A stretch of 64,000 bases of DNA from Syntrophales bacterium (GTDB lineage Bacteria; Desulfobacterota; Syntrophia; Syntrophales; UBA2185): NCBI GenBank assembly GCA_049521775.1, contig JBEKOL010000001.1:67514-131513 (forward strand), written 5' to 3'. The position numbers were made by a program, and so were the translations under genes. Position 1 is the first letter of the stretch. Each line of letters opens with the position of its first letter. Under the pieces are notes generated by a model. It ran no database searches. It saw only the letters and a list, made by a program, of their open reading frames with translations, and had not been told where the DNA came from. Below are positions 49,798 through 58,799 of the stretch, piece by piece.

Positions 49798-50478
49798 CTA
49801 TTTCTTTTCTGCTCTTGCTTCTTTTTCGAAATCATGAGCTCTCACATTATCGGGGTGTTGAAAAAATGCAGGGTAGTATTCCCGGAAGTTGGCGACAATC
49901 CTTTCATAGGGAACGTCGGCAAAATGACCGTGATCCCTAACGTACTCCATATATTTCTTCCCCTCTCTGTCATATGGATGAAAGAGGCTGTCATTTCTGC
50001 CGTCGAATTGGAGAGGATTTACACCGAACTTTTCACACAGGGATAGGTTGAAGGTGGGTGTAGCCTTGACCCACCGGTCGTCGAGGAAGAGTTCCGTATA
50101 ACCGTGGAAGATGAAAGTATCCGTCTTCATCAGCTGCCGGAGTCTTTCTGTGGAAAGGTGGTTGCGCACGTCGGCAAAGCCGAGACGGCTGGGAATGCCG
50201 GAGGCACGGGCCACAGCAACAAGCACAATTGCTTTGGCTACACAATAACCATAGCCTTTTCCTATTACGATACTCGCTTTGAAAGCTTCCCTTTTTTCCA
50301 AATCGATCCGGTAGGGGTCATACCTGATTTTGTCTCGAACGGCATAAAAGAGGGCCATGCCTTTTTCAATTGAGGTCTCTATGTCGCCTGTGGCATCCCT
50401 GGCGAAGGCTATGACCTCCGATGCGTCACTATCAAGATAGTATGTGGGCCGGAGGTATTGCTCGCAATCATTTTTCAT
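49798..50478 (-). CDS. Transglutaminase-like (papain-fold) domain protein
   Basis: KGYGYCVAKAIVLVAVARASGIPSRLGFADVRNH carries the transglutaminase-core Cys motif, with His and Asp downstream. The ATG at 50478 (MKNDCEQ) is preferred over the track start at 50538. Confidence 0.7.
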   Translation of the reverse strand: MKNDCEQYLRPTYYLDSDASEVIAFARDATGDIETSIEKGMALFYAVRDKIRYDPYRIDLEKREAFKASIVIGKGYGYCVAKAIVLVAVARASGIPSRLGFADVRNHLSTERLRQLMKTDTFIFHGYTELFLDDRWVKATPTFNLSLCEKFGVNPLQFDGRNDSLFHPYDREGKKYMEYVRDHGHFADVPYERIVANFREYYPAFFQHPDNVRAHDFEKEARAEKK

Positions 50479-50725
50479 AATGGTCTGATAGGAATCTCCC
50501 CTTGTCCGATTGGAATTTATGAGAAAAGGGCATGGCAATTGTCAATTGCAAGTGAGTAGAGGACAAAACGGATACCGGCAAATAATGTCAGTCGAGGGAT
50601 GAAAGAGATTTCCTGTATCTCTTGCCGACTCAGGATTATCTCCGGCCACGCAATAAGTGCCAAAAGCACCACGGGTGCTGAAAAAATGCCGCGCAACTAA
50701 GGCAAATATTATTTGTTAACAATTC

Positions 50726-51259
50726 CTAATCTTCAGAATGGAGCAGCACCGGGGTCTGGCTAGCCTCCTCCAGGTCATCCCTCCAACTCTTGTTTTCCAG
50801 AATTTTTCTCTTCTTGACAAATGTCCATAGTTCATCAAACTGGGCCTCTGTCAATTTCAGTGAGTGCAAGAGATTTGACAATACGGACTCACAATGTTCG
50901 CCCGCTCGAAGAAATACGCGCTGTACAATGCCTTTGTCGATCTTCAATGATCGCGCGGTCGATTGAACTCCGTCCCCTTCTGCCGCATGGTGCAGGATTT
51001 GTCTGATAATATCTTCGGATAAATGCATCCTGTAAAAAGCCGTTGACGTCGACGCGGCAAAACGTTTCCCGCAGGTTCTGCAATATAATAGTTTTCTGTT
51101 CTTATTTTTGCCGTAGTTGCCACGTACGCCAACATTACCGTTACCCTTCAGGCCGTAATCTGTACAGCCTCTGTTGGGGCAGTATATATATTCAATTTCC
51201 AACACGTTGAAGTACCTCCCATCAGCAATTGTAAGTTTGTCAACTAAAAAGTGTGTCAA
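50726..51259 (-). mobile_element. Truncated IS1-like transposase fragment (zinc finger + HTH, no DDE domain)
   Basis: CPNRGCTDYGLKGNGNV...YCRTCGKRFAASTSTAFYRMH...STARSLKIDKGIVQRV...AQFDELWTFVKKRK matches the N-terminal third of the IS1-type transposases I recall. The ORF ends where the catalytic domain should begin and lacks an ATG start. Confidence 0.6.
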
Positions 51260-51432
51260 TTCTATTTGAACTGAAATATTAAGACAATATTAAAAGATTC
51301 ATAAATAATATTAATAATTATTTAATTTAAAACTAGTGATGAAATTGTCGTCTAGAGATAGCATTCTATTGTGAGCTTTAGCTTGCATCCGCTACGCTAG
51401 TGGTGTATATTAATTAGACTTTTGAAGAAAAT

Positions 51433-51452
51433 GACAAATTTGATAATTTGTC
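51433..51452. promoter_or_regulatory. Perfect palindrome GACAAATT-TGAT-AATTTGTC (candidate operator)
   Basis: 8-bp arms with a 4-nt spacer, about 100 nt upstream of the molybdoenzyme ATG, in an AT-rich spacer. Confidence 0.3.
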
Positions 51453-51547
51453 TCATAGTATCCTTTCCTTGATGAATTTTCGATCTGAAACTCTCTGATG
51501 GCAAGATTCAAATAGGAAGAACGCAATTCAAAGAGGTGTATAATCGT

Positions 51548-53629
51548 ATGGAAGAAGATATTCGCTGGGTCAGGACACATTGCGCCAGGATGGATCACGG
51601 GGGCTGTGCGCTTCTGGTCGGCGTGAAAGATAATCAGATTGTCGGGGTGAAGGGGGACCCGGAGGGCTACCTGAGCAAGGGTTATATCTGCCCGAAGGGC
51701 ATTGCATCACCGGATCGACTGACACACCCGGATCGCCTCAGACACCCCCTCAAGCGGGCGGGAAAGCGCGGCGAAGGGAATTGGCAGCGCATAACCTGGG
51801 AAGAGGCCTTGCAGGAGGTTGCCGGGAATCTCCTTGACATCAAGGAAAAATACGGTGCAAAGGCGGTGGCATTTGGTGTCGGCATGCCCAAAGGCCTGGA
51901 GCATTTTGTTCTCATTCGTTTGGCCAATCTTTTCGGATCACCGAATGTGGTCGCTTCTCAGGACGTCTGCCACGCACCCCGTGAAATCACGGGTATCCAC
52001 ACATGCGGCTTTTACCCTGTCGCAGATTTTCACCATCCGAGCAAGCTCGCCGTCCTGTGGGGAAGCAACATTACCTCCACGAATGAAGAGGGTGAGATTA
52101 ACAGCCTCTTCCTCGAACAGGTGAAGAACGGGATGGAGGTGATGGTAATCGATCCCCGCCGGATCGATACAGCCAAGAAAGCCAGGATGTGGCTGCAGAT
52201 CAGACCCGGCACAGACAATGCCCTGGCCCTGGGATTCCTGAATGTCATTATTTCCGAAGGTCTGTACGACAAAGAATTTGTGGAAAAATGGACTGCGGGT
52301 TTTCCCGATCTGGCTGAACATGTAAAAGAATTCACTCCCGAGAGAGTTTCTGAGATTACCTGGATTGCGCCCGAACTCATAAGAGACGCCGCCCGCTGTT
52401 ATGCCGCGGCAAAGCCGGCAGTCATCCAGTGGGGTAATCCCATCGAACACAACATTTTCACCTTCGATACCGCGAGGGCCCTTATCTGCCTCATGGCCAT
52501 CACGGGCAATCTCGATGTGCCCGGCGGCAATATAGAGGCAAGAGACCCGGAGATCGTGGGCCTGGGTCCCTTTGTCCGGGCCGACCTCATACCTGACAAG
52601 CACAAGAACATGATCAGTACCCACCACCGTGTCATCCCGCGCCTGATGACAGTTGCGCCTGCATATTTTAGGAAGGCAGTACTGGAAGAAATTCCCTATC
52701 CGGTGAAGGGGTTTTACGCCACGTGCTGCAATCCCCTGTTGACTTACGCAGACAGCCGTCAGACTTATGAAGCCCTCATGAAACTCGACTTCCTCGCCGT
52801 TGCGGACATCTTCATGACCCCGACTGCGGCCCTAGCGGATATCGTCCTTCCCGCAGCTACGCAGTTTGAATTCGACGATATCGGCCATCTGGGAATCGGT
52901 CACGGCTACATTCTGGCAAGGCCCAAGGTTGTGGAGCCGCCGGAGGAGTGTTGGCCGGACATGAAGATTATGAATGAACTGGGCAAACGCATAAGTCCGC
53001 CGGAACTCTGGTATGACGATTACCGCATGTTCCTCGAAGATGTCGTCAAACCGGCAGGCCTGACGTATGCCGAGTTTGTGGAAAAGGGATATCTGAAAGG
53101 GCCGGACCGTTTCAGATCCTACGAAAAAAAGGGGTTCAGGACACCGACTGGAAAGGTTGAGCTCGGTCTCAGCACAGCAGATAAGTTTAAGCTGACTCTC
53201 CTGCCGCAATACAAGGGTCTGCCGGAAGACGACGACCCCGATTATCCCCTGCTCTTAACCAGCTCTAAGAGCCGCTTTTTCCTCCACTCGTCCTACCGAT
53301 GGCTGGAAAGACTCAAGAAACTGAGACCCCATCCGAGGCTGGAGGTCCACCCGGAGACGGCACAGAAATACGGTATCAATGAAGGTGATGAAGTTGTTAT
53401 CGAAACGAAATACGGCCGGATCACCCAGATGGCTCACCTGACAGGCGGCATCGATCCCCGCGTGCTCTGCGCTGCTCATGGATGGTGGTTCCCGGAAGGG
53501 AGGCCGGAAACCCAGTACGACTGGGAAAAATCCAATTTCAACATGCTTACCTCAACAGGCAAACTCGGCAGGGAGTACGGCACGCCCAATCTCAAGGCCC
53601 TGCCCTGCAGAATCAGCCGGAAGACATAA
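51548..53629 (+). CDS. Molybdopterin (bis-MGD) oxidoreductase, cytoplasmic, no partner subunits nearby
   Basis: The ATG at 51548 follows an AAGAGG RBS. The N-terminal Fe-S-like region is THCARMDHGGCALLV...KGYICPKG. A candidate Mo ligand lies in QDVCHAPRE. The C-terminal MopB/CT barrel has EVHPETAQKYGINEGDEVVIET. There is no twin-arginine signal. Confidence 0.85.
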   Translation: MEEDIRWVRTHCARMDHGGCALLVGVKDNQIVGVKGDPEGYLSKGYICPKGIASPDRLTHPDRLRHPLKRAGKRGEGNWQRITWEEALQEVAGNLLDIKEKYGAKAVAFGVGMPKGLEHFVLIRLANLFGSPNVVASQDVCHAPREITGIHTCGFYPVADFHHPSKLAVLWGSNITSTNEEGEINSLFLEQVKNGMEVMVIDPRRIDTAKKARMWLQIRPGTDNALALGFLNVIISEGLYDKEFVEKWTAGFPDLAEHVKEFTPERVSEITWIAPELIRDAARCYAAAKPAVIQWGNPIEHNIFTFDTARALICLMAITGNLDVPGGNIEARDPEIVGLGPFVRADLIPDKHKNMISTHHRVIPRLMTVAPAYFRKAVLEEIPYPVKGFYATCCNPLLTYADSRQTYEALMKLDFLAVADIFMTPTAALADIVLPAATQFEFDDIGHLGIGHGYILARPKVVEPPEECWPDMKIMNELGKRISPPELWYDDYRMFLEDVVKPAGLTYAEFVEKGYLKGPDRFRSYEKKGFRTPTGKVELGLSTADKFKLTLLPQYKGLPEDDDPDYPLLLTSSKSRFFLHSSYRWLERLKKLRPHPRLEVHPETAQKYGINEGDEVVIETKYGRITQMAHLTGGIDPRVLCAAHGWWFPEGRPETQYDWEKSNFNMLTSTGKLGREYGTPNLKALPCRISRKT

Positions 53630-53886
53630 GCATTATCAAACAGGCTATCTGGAAAAGGCGCTGGACGGATCTTCGTATATCCTCAATGAATTGTCGCGTG
53701 ATAGGAAGGTTAAGGTAGAGCAATTGCCTACTGTAGACTGCGATTTTTTTTATATGCTCATTGCGGAAAAGCGATGAAGCAATATTTCAGGGCTATCGGA
53801 AATCACATTGACATGATTGAAAATATCATCATGGTCCATGCTATGAAGATATCCGCTCTTGCGCTGCCCTCCTTTTTTCAACTTCG

Positions 53887-54302
53887 TTATAAGAAGCAGT
53901 AGGGATCTTTGTGTTTAAAAACATCGAGTCCCGAGCGGTAGCACTCGACAATTTCCGAATCATAGATCTCCGCAATACTCTGGCGCGATACATTGCCTAT
54001 GGGAGAGGGAAACTTCCTGCAGGCATGAACCTCCCCATCGGCAAGAACAGCAACGAAATTGAAGGCTGCCCCGCAGCCGAAGCCAGTACAACCGCCAAAT
54101 GGCTCTCTTCCTTTCCTATAGCGGGCTTCGCCGGCTGTTCTTTCTGGACGCCACCTGCATCCGGCTTCGTACCGCTTAAAGCCGTCGCCTTTGTCCCACA
54201 ACCCGACACCATAAGAGCCGAACCAGGAGTGAGAGAGGCCATGCAAAGCCCTGCAAGGAACGTCTTGAGCTGATCCTTGTCAATGTCAACATCCTTGATC
54301 AT
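53887..54302 (-). pseudogene. Radical-SAM/SPASM-domain gene relic (C-terminal fragment, frameshifted)
   Basis: GCTGFGCGAAFNFVAVLADGEVHACRKFPSPIGNVSRQSIAEIYDS...DPYC is SPASM-like (CGAG...DG.V.PC...GN). The upstream ~20 codons (MIKDVDIDKDQLKTFLAGL) are in another frame. No radical-SAM CxxxCxxC core is present. Confidence 0.5.
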
Positions 54303-54512
54303 CTGTCCATCCTTTGCCTATGTTATTTGTAGCCAGTGCGGTTACCCTTGTCAAAAATTGTTTGGAGAACATAGCAGCAAGAGCGGATGGCACTCTAAGT
54401 ATAATTGTGATAGACTTCTCGGAAAAGGTTGGATGTTAATTGTTTTAGGCTGAGTAAGAGAATTCATTTAAGAAAGTTGCCTTCATCAGGAAGCGCAGAA
54501 AGGAGCAGCAGC

Positions 54513-54803
54513 ATGATCAAGCATGTCGTCTTTATGAAATTCAAGGCAGGTGTCACCGAAAAAGATATAGCGGATCTGGAAAAGGCTATGGCAAAGCTTC
54601 CAGGAATAATTCCTGAAATCAAAGAGTACCAATTCGGCCGTGACATCGTACATTCCGAAAGATCGTACGATTTCGCTCTCGTTTCCGCATTCGAAAACCT
54701 GGAGGCGCTGAAGCGTTATCAACCGCATCCGGACCATAGTCCCATCCTCGCGAAGGTGAAGGAGATATGTGAAAATATTCTGGCAGTGGATTTCAAAGTA
54801 TGA
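54513..54803 (+). CDS. Dabb (stress-responsive alpha/beta-barrel) domain protein
   Basis: MIKHVVFMKFKAGVTEKDIADLEKAM...YDFALVSAFENLEALKRYQPHPDH is a typical Dabb sequence. The ATG at 54513 follows an AGGAG RBS. Confidence 0.8.
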   Translation: MIKHVVFMKFKAGVTEKDIADLEKAMAKLPGIIPEIKEYQFGRDIVHSERSYDFALVSAFENLEALKRYQPHPDHSPILAKVKEICENILAVDFKV

Positions 54804-55222
54804 CGACGTGGCAGCTTTGAAAAATTTTCCCTTTGCCATTTAGAAATCTTCCCTCTCTCGGTCCCTTGCTGCCGGGTGACCTTCACCCCAAAAACTGTAC
54901 CAGCGGATAAGTTAGTTTTCTGGCATAATAAGGGTGGCTTCTCAGGCGGCGCAGATCATCATAGATGTCCTGGAGGGAAGGCGCCCGGAGGGTGTCATCA
55001 ATCCGGATGCTTTTAAGTAACATGTACCACTAAAGTTGTTTTTCGTTGTGCTTTCTCCCAGTTATACCGGCTCTTCTGGCAAGCCTGCACCTGCGGATAA
55101 GTAGGTGTTTTCAGCGCCCATGTAGTGAGAGGTGAAGTTTAGGGATTGAAGTGCAGATAGCTTCACCTTTTTGATGGGAAGAGAGAATAAAGAAGCACAT
55201 AGAGCACTGCGATCTAACATAC

Positions 55223-56830
55223 CTACCAAACTGCAACAACCCCATCCGTTCGCGGTTCGGTCGCACCGGCGAGTACACCTTCACTGTTTCGCCAGATAAT
55301 CTGACCGCGACCAAATGTTGCTGCTCCCACCACACCCCATTTGATGACGTGGCCTCTCCTGCTTAGAGCTTCGGCGATATATTCTGGGAATAGGGCCTCG
55401 ATATCCACCGTCTTGCCTCCCACCCACTGCCACCGCGGTGCGTCGAGGGCCGCCTGCGGATTGAGATGAAAATCGACTGTGCTCATCACTACCATCAGGT
55501 GGCCTTGAGGCTGGATGAATCCGCCCATGACGCCAAATGGGCCCACTGCTTCGTTATCCTTGGTCAAGAAGCCCGGCATAATAGTATGGTAAGGTTTCTT
55601 TCCTGGTTCAAGACGATTGTCATGTGCTGAATTAAATGAGAAATTATGCCCTCGGTTATGCAGGCTGATACCGGTTCCCGGGACGACCAGACCCGAGCCA
55701 AAGCCCATATAATTGCTCTGAATGAAGGAAACCATGTTTCCCTCTGAGTCGGCCGTTGCCAGATAGACCGTACTGCCGCTGGCGGGGCGGCCAGGCGCAG
55801 GCTGCAGCGCCTGCTTACCAATAAGGCTTCGCCGCTTTGCCGCGAAAGAATCCGACAACAGGTCTTCCGCTTTGATGGTCATGTCTCGCGGGTCGGTAAT
55901 ATATTCCTGCCCATCAGCAAATGCAAGTTTTATAGCCTCAATTTGCTTATGGTAAGTGTCTACTGTTTCCTTTGCAGGGAAATCAAATCCTTTCAAAATA
56001 TTAAGAGCCATCAATGCCACCAGGCCATGCCCGTTGGGTGGAATTTCCCATACGTCGTAGCCTCTATAATTCACTTTTATCGGCTCTACCCATTCTGGCC
56101 GAAAAGCTTCCATGTCTTCCTTGCTCAAATATCCCCCGTGCCGCTCAAAAAAAACGCCGATTTTCTCTGCCAGTTTACCACGGTAGAACGACTCGGCGTT
56201 GGTCTCCGCAATCGACTTGAGTGTGGCCGCGTGTTCCGGTGACCGCCAGATCTCGCCAGCCGCTGGCGGTTTCCCCTGTGGAGCGAACACTTCAAACCAG
56301 TGCTTAAACTCTTCAGCTCGTTCCTTCTTATAATTGTCAAAGCCGGCTTTCCAAAGCTTGCTGATGATTGGCGATACCGGGAAGCCCTCCTCCGCATACT
56401 CTATTGCAGGCCTTAACGCTTCCATGAGGGGAAGCTTGCCAAAACGCTTCGACAACTCAGCCCAAGCTGAAGGGGCTCCCGGCACTGTCACCGGGATCAT
56501 TCCGTATTTCGGGATTTCCTGATGTCCCGCTTTTTTTAGCGCCTCGATGGAAATTTTTTGCGGTGAAGGTCCGCTTGCATTCAAACCGTGAAGTTTATCT
56601 TTGCTCCAAACCAGAGCGAAGGCATCACCGCCTATACCGTTAGAAGTTGGTTCAACCACCGTCAGACAAGTTGCGGCGGCGATTGCCGCGTCAATGGCAT
56701 TACCTCCTTTCTTGAGAATCTCCAGACCCGCCTGAGCTGCAAGCGGCTGCGAAGTTGCAACCATGCCCTTCTTGGCGAAAACCATGCTGCGCCGGGACGG
56801 ATAAGGATGATACAAAGGATCATATTGCAT
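55223..56830 (-). CDS. ggt: Gamma-glutamyltranspeptidase family protein (no obvious signal peptide)
   Basis: GMVATSQPLAAQAGLEILKKGGNAIDAAIAA, an autoprocessing region (GSTVYLATADSEGNMVSFIQS), and GVMGG. Confidence 0.85.
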   Translation of the reverse strand: MQYDPLYHPYPSRRSMVFAKKGMVATSQPLAAQAGLEILKKGGNAIDAAIAAATCLTVVEPTSNGIGGDAFALVWSKDKLHGLNASGPSPQKISIEALKKAGHQEIPKYGMIPVTVPGAPSAWAELSKRFGKLPLMEALRPAIEYAEEGFPVSPIISKLWKAGFDNYKKERAEEFKHWFEVFAPQGKPPAAGEIWRSPEHAATLKSIAETNAESFYRGKLAEKIGVFFERHGGYLSKEDMEAFRPEWVEPIKVNYRGYDVWEIPPNGHGLVALMALNILKGFDFPAKETVDTYHKQIEAIKLAFADGQEYITDPRDMTIKAEDLLSDSFAAKRRSLIGKQALQPAPGRPASGSTVYLATADSEGNMVSFIQSNYMGFGSGLVVPGTGISLHNRGHNFSFNSAHDNRLEPGKKPYHTIMPGFLTKDNEAVGPFGVMGGFIQPQGHLMVVMSTVDFHLNPQAALDAPRWQWVGGKTVDIEALFPEYIAEALSRRGHVIKWGVVGAATFGRGQIIWRNSEGVLAGATEPRTDGVVAVW

Positions 56831-56875
56831 CTTCTTAAATCCTTTATAGAAATTTTCTCAAGATACCGGTGGGGC

Positions 56876-58348
56876 TTATACGTATCCAAGCCACTTCCAG
56901 TATGTGGCTCCTAACAGAAGAATGACGAGATAGGCGATGATTGTTAAAGGAATGCCCGTTTGCATGAAATCTTTAACTTCAAATGTTTCTGTGCTGTATG
57001 CCACCATATTTTGTGGCGCATTTACCGGCAAGATAAACCCGAAGCTCACCACGAACTGTAAAATCATTGTCATGCCCCATACGCTCATGCCCGCCATCTT
57101 TACCTCCTGCAACACCGAAATCACAATCGGTATCATAGCTGACGCCAAGGCGGTGGCACTGGCAAACCCAAGGTGGATGATAATGAGGAAAGCGGCAAAA
57201 ACAGCCAGAATTATCAAGGCGGGCATGGTGTGTATGCCAAACCAGACGACAATCATTTTGGCCAGCCAGGCAGCGGCTTTCGTGGAAAGAAGAGCCGATC
57301 CAAGGCTTATGCCTATCCCGAACAACATCAGAGTGCCCCAAGGGATTTTTGCCTGTGCTTCTTTCCATGACATTACACCTACAATAGGCATCAGCATAAC
57401 GGCCACGGCAGCGAGGGTCGTAGAGGCAGTATCGAAATTGTGAAGAATCATTTCGGTAGACCAGAAAAATAGCAGTATAAGCGATATGGCAAACAGCTTT
57501 TTCTCGTTCAGCTTCATAGGACCAAGGTCAGCCAAAGCTTTAGCGATAGTTTCCCGGCTGCCGGGGATTTCCTCAGTGTCAGGCGGCATAACCTTCATCA
57601 AAACATAATACAAGACAACAGACATAATCGCGGCGAAGGGAGCGGCGGCAATAAACCATTCAAGCCAGGTAATCTGTTTGTTAAGGAGTTTATCAATAAA
57701 ACCGATGGCAACCATATTTTGTGCTGCAGCTGTTTTAATGCCGACATTCCAAATACTATCAGCCTGGGCGGTGGCGATCATCAGGACACCGGCAAATTTG
57801 CTCTTCTTATCCACATCAAGAGCCAGAATAATCCCCATTACAATAGGAACCAGACAGGCGACCCTTGCGGTTGTGCTGGGAATGAAGAAACTGAGAACGA
57901 AACCCACAAAAATTACTCCAATCAGAATACGGTTGGTCTTGGTCCCTATTTTAGACAAAATGGATAAGGCGATCCGCTTGTCGAGACCAGTCTGCATCAT
58001 CGCGGCGGCGATAAACAGCGCCCCGCCTACTAATGCAGTCGCCGCATTGCTGAATCCGCCCAATGCCAGGGCGAGACCCTTGGAAGTTCCCATTAGGGTT
58101 TGGGGATTGGCAACATCGGGTGATGTGCCGAGCAGGAAAACCATAAGCGCCAAGATTATGGCGGCGCTGATCGGGTAAGAAACAGCCTCGGTCATCCAGA
58201 TTATTATCGAAAAGATAAGCATAGCGATCATTCTTTGACCTGCTACTGTTAATCCTTCCGGTGCCGGCATTACAACGATCCCCAGTAACACAACAATACT
58301 GATAATCAGTCCATAGCGCTTGCTGAAGGAATCCTGTCCTGCTTTCAT
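56876..58348 (-). CDS. DASS/SLC13-family anion (di/tricarboxylate) symporter
   Basis: 490-aa polytopic ORF with an inverted-repeat architecture and SLC13-type hairpin motifs (FIPSTTARV, ILPVNAPQNMV). Confidence 0.8.
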   Translation of the reverse strand: MKAGQDSFSKRYGLIISIVVLLGIVVMPAPEGLTVAGQRMIAMLIFSIIIWMTEAVSYPISAAIILALMVFLLGTSPDVANPQTLMGTSKGLALALGGFSNAATALVGGALFIAAAMMQTGLDKRIALSILSKIGTKTNRILIGVIFVGFVLSFFIPSTTARVACLVPIVMGIILALDVDKKSKFAGVLMIATAQADSIWNVGIKTAAAQNMVAIGFIDKLLNKQITWLEWFIAAAPFAAIMSVVLYYVLMKVMPPDTEEIPGSRETIAKALADLGPMKLNEKKLFAISLILLFFWSTEMILHNFDTASTTLAAVAVMLMPIVGVMSWKEAQAKIPWGTLMLFGIGISLGSALLSTKAAAWLAKMIVVWFGIHTMPALIILAVFAAFLIIIHLGFASATALASAMIPIVISVLQEVKMAGMSVWGMTMILQFVVSFGFILPVNAPQNMVAYSTETFEVKDFMQTGIPLTIIAYLVILLLGATYWKWLGYV

Positions 58349-58799
58349 AACTAACTCCTTCTAAAAAAGTTAATTGACCCGCGGCTGATATTTTTACCAC
58401 ATTTTTATATATAATTCCGTAGTTTTTTGATTATTGCAAATTGTAATCTGTCCTATTTCTTTATGCGATGAGGTAAGCATAAGTAGGCGGCATCAATAAC
58501 CGGCGTATTTCATTTCTTCATTGCTTGCTCTTGAGCATAACTGAATGAAACATTCATGACGGCCAGCCGTCACAAAAAAGAATGAAAATAGCCTTGTCGA
58601 CACCTTTATGGTGAGTATAATAATATCAACGTATTAGGCTTCTATTTACAGGGGAAAGCTGCTACACAAACACTTTCCCCCAAAATCACGTCTTCCATAA
58701 ATTATTCTTAACCAAGAACGCAAATAAGAATACGGAACGGGATTCTCGTTCACACGGGTATGAGCGTGGTGTTGATAATAATAAGATCACCACGGCCTT

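Noticed and set aside
51938-52627. 229-aa minus-strand ORF inside the molybdoenzyme gene
   Set aside because: It is antisense to a well-supported 693-aa molybdopterin oxidoreductase and has no recognisable features.
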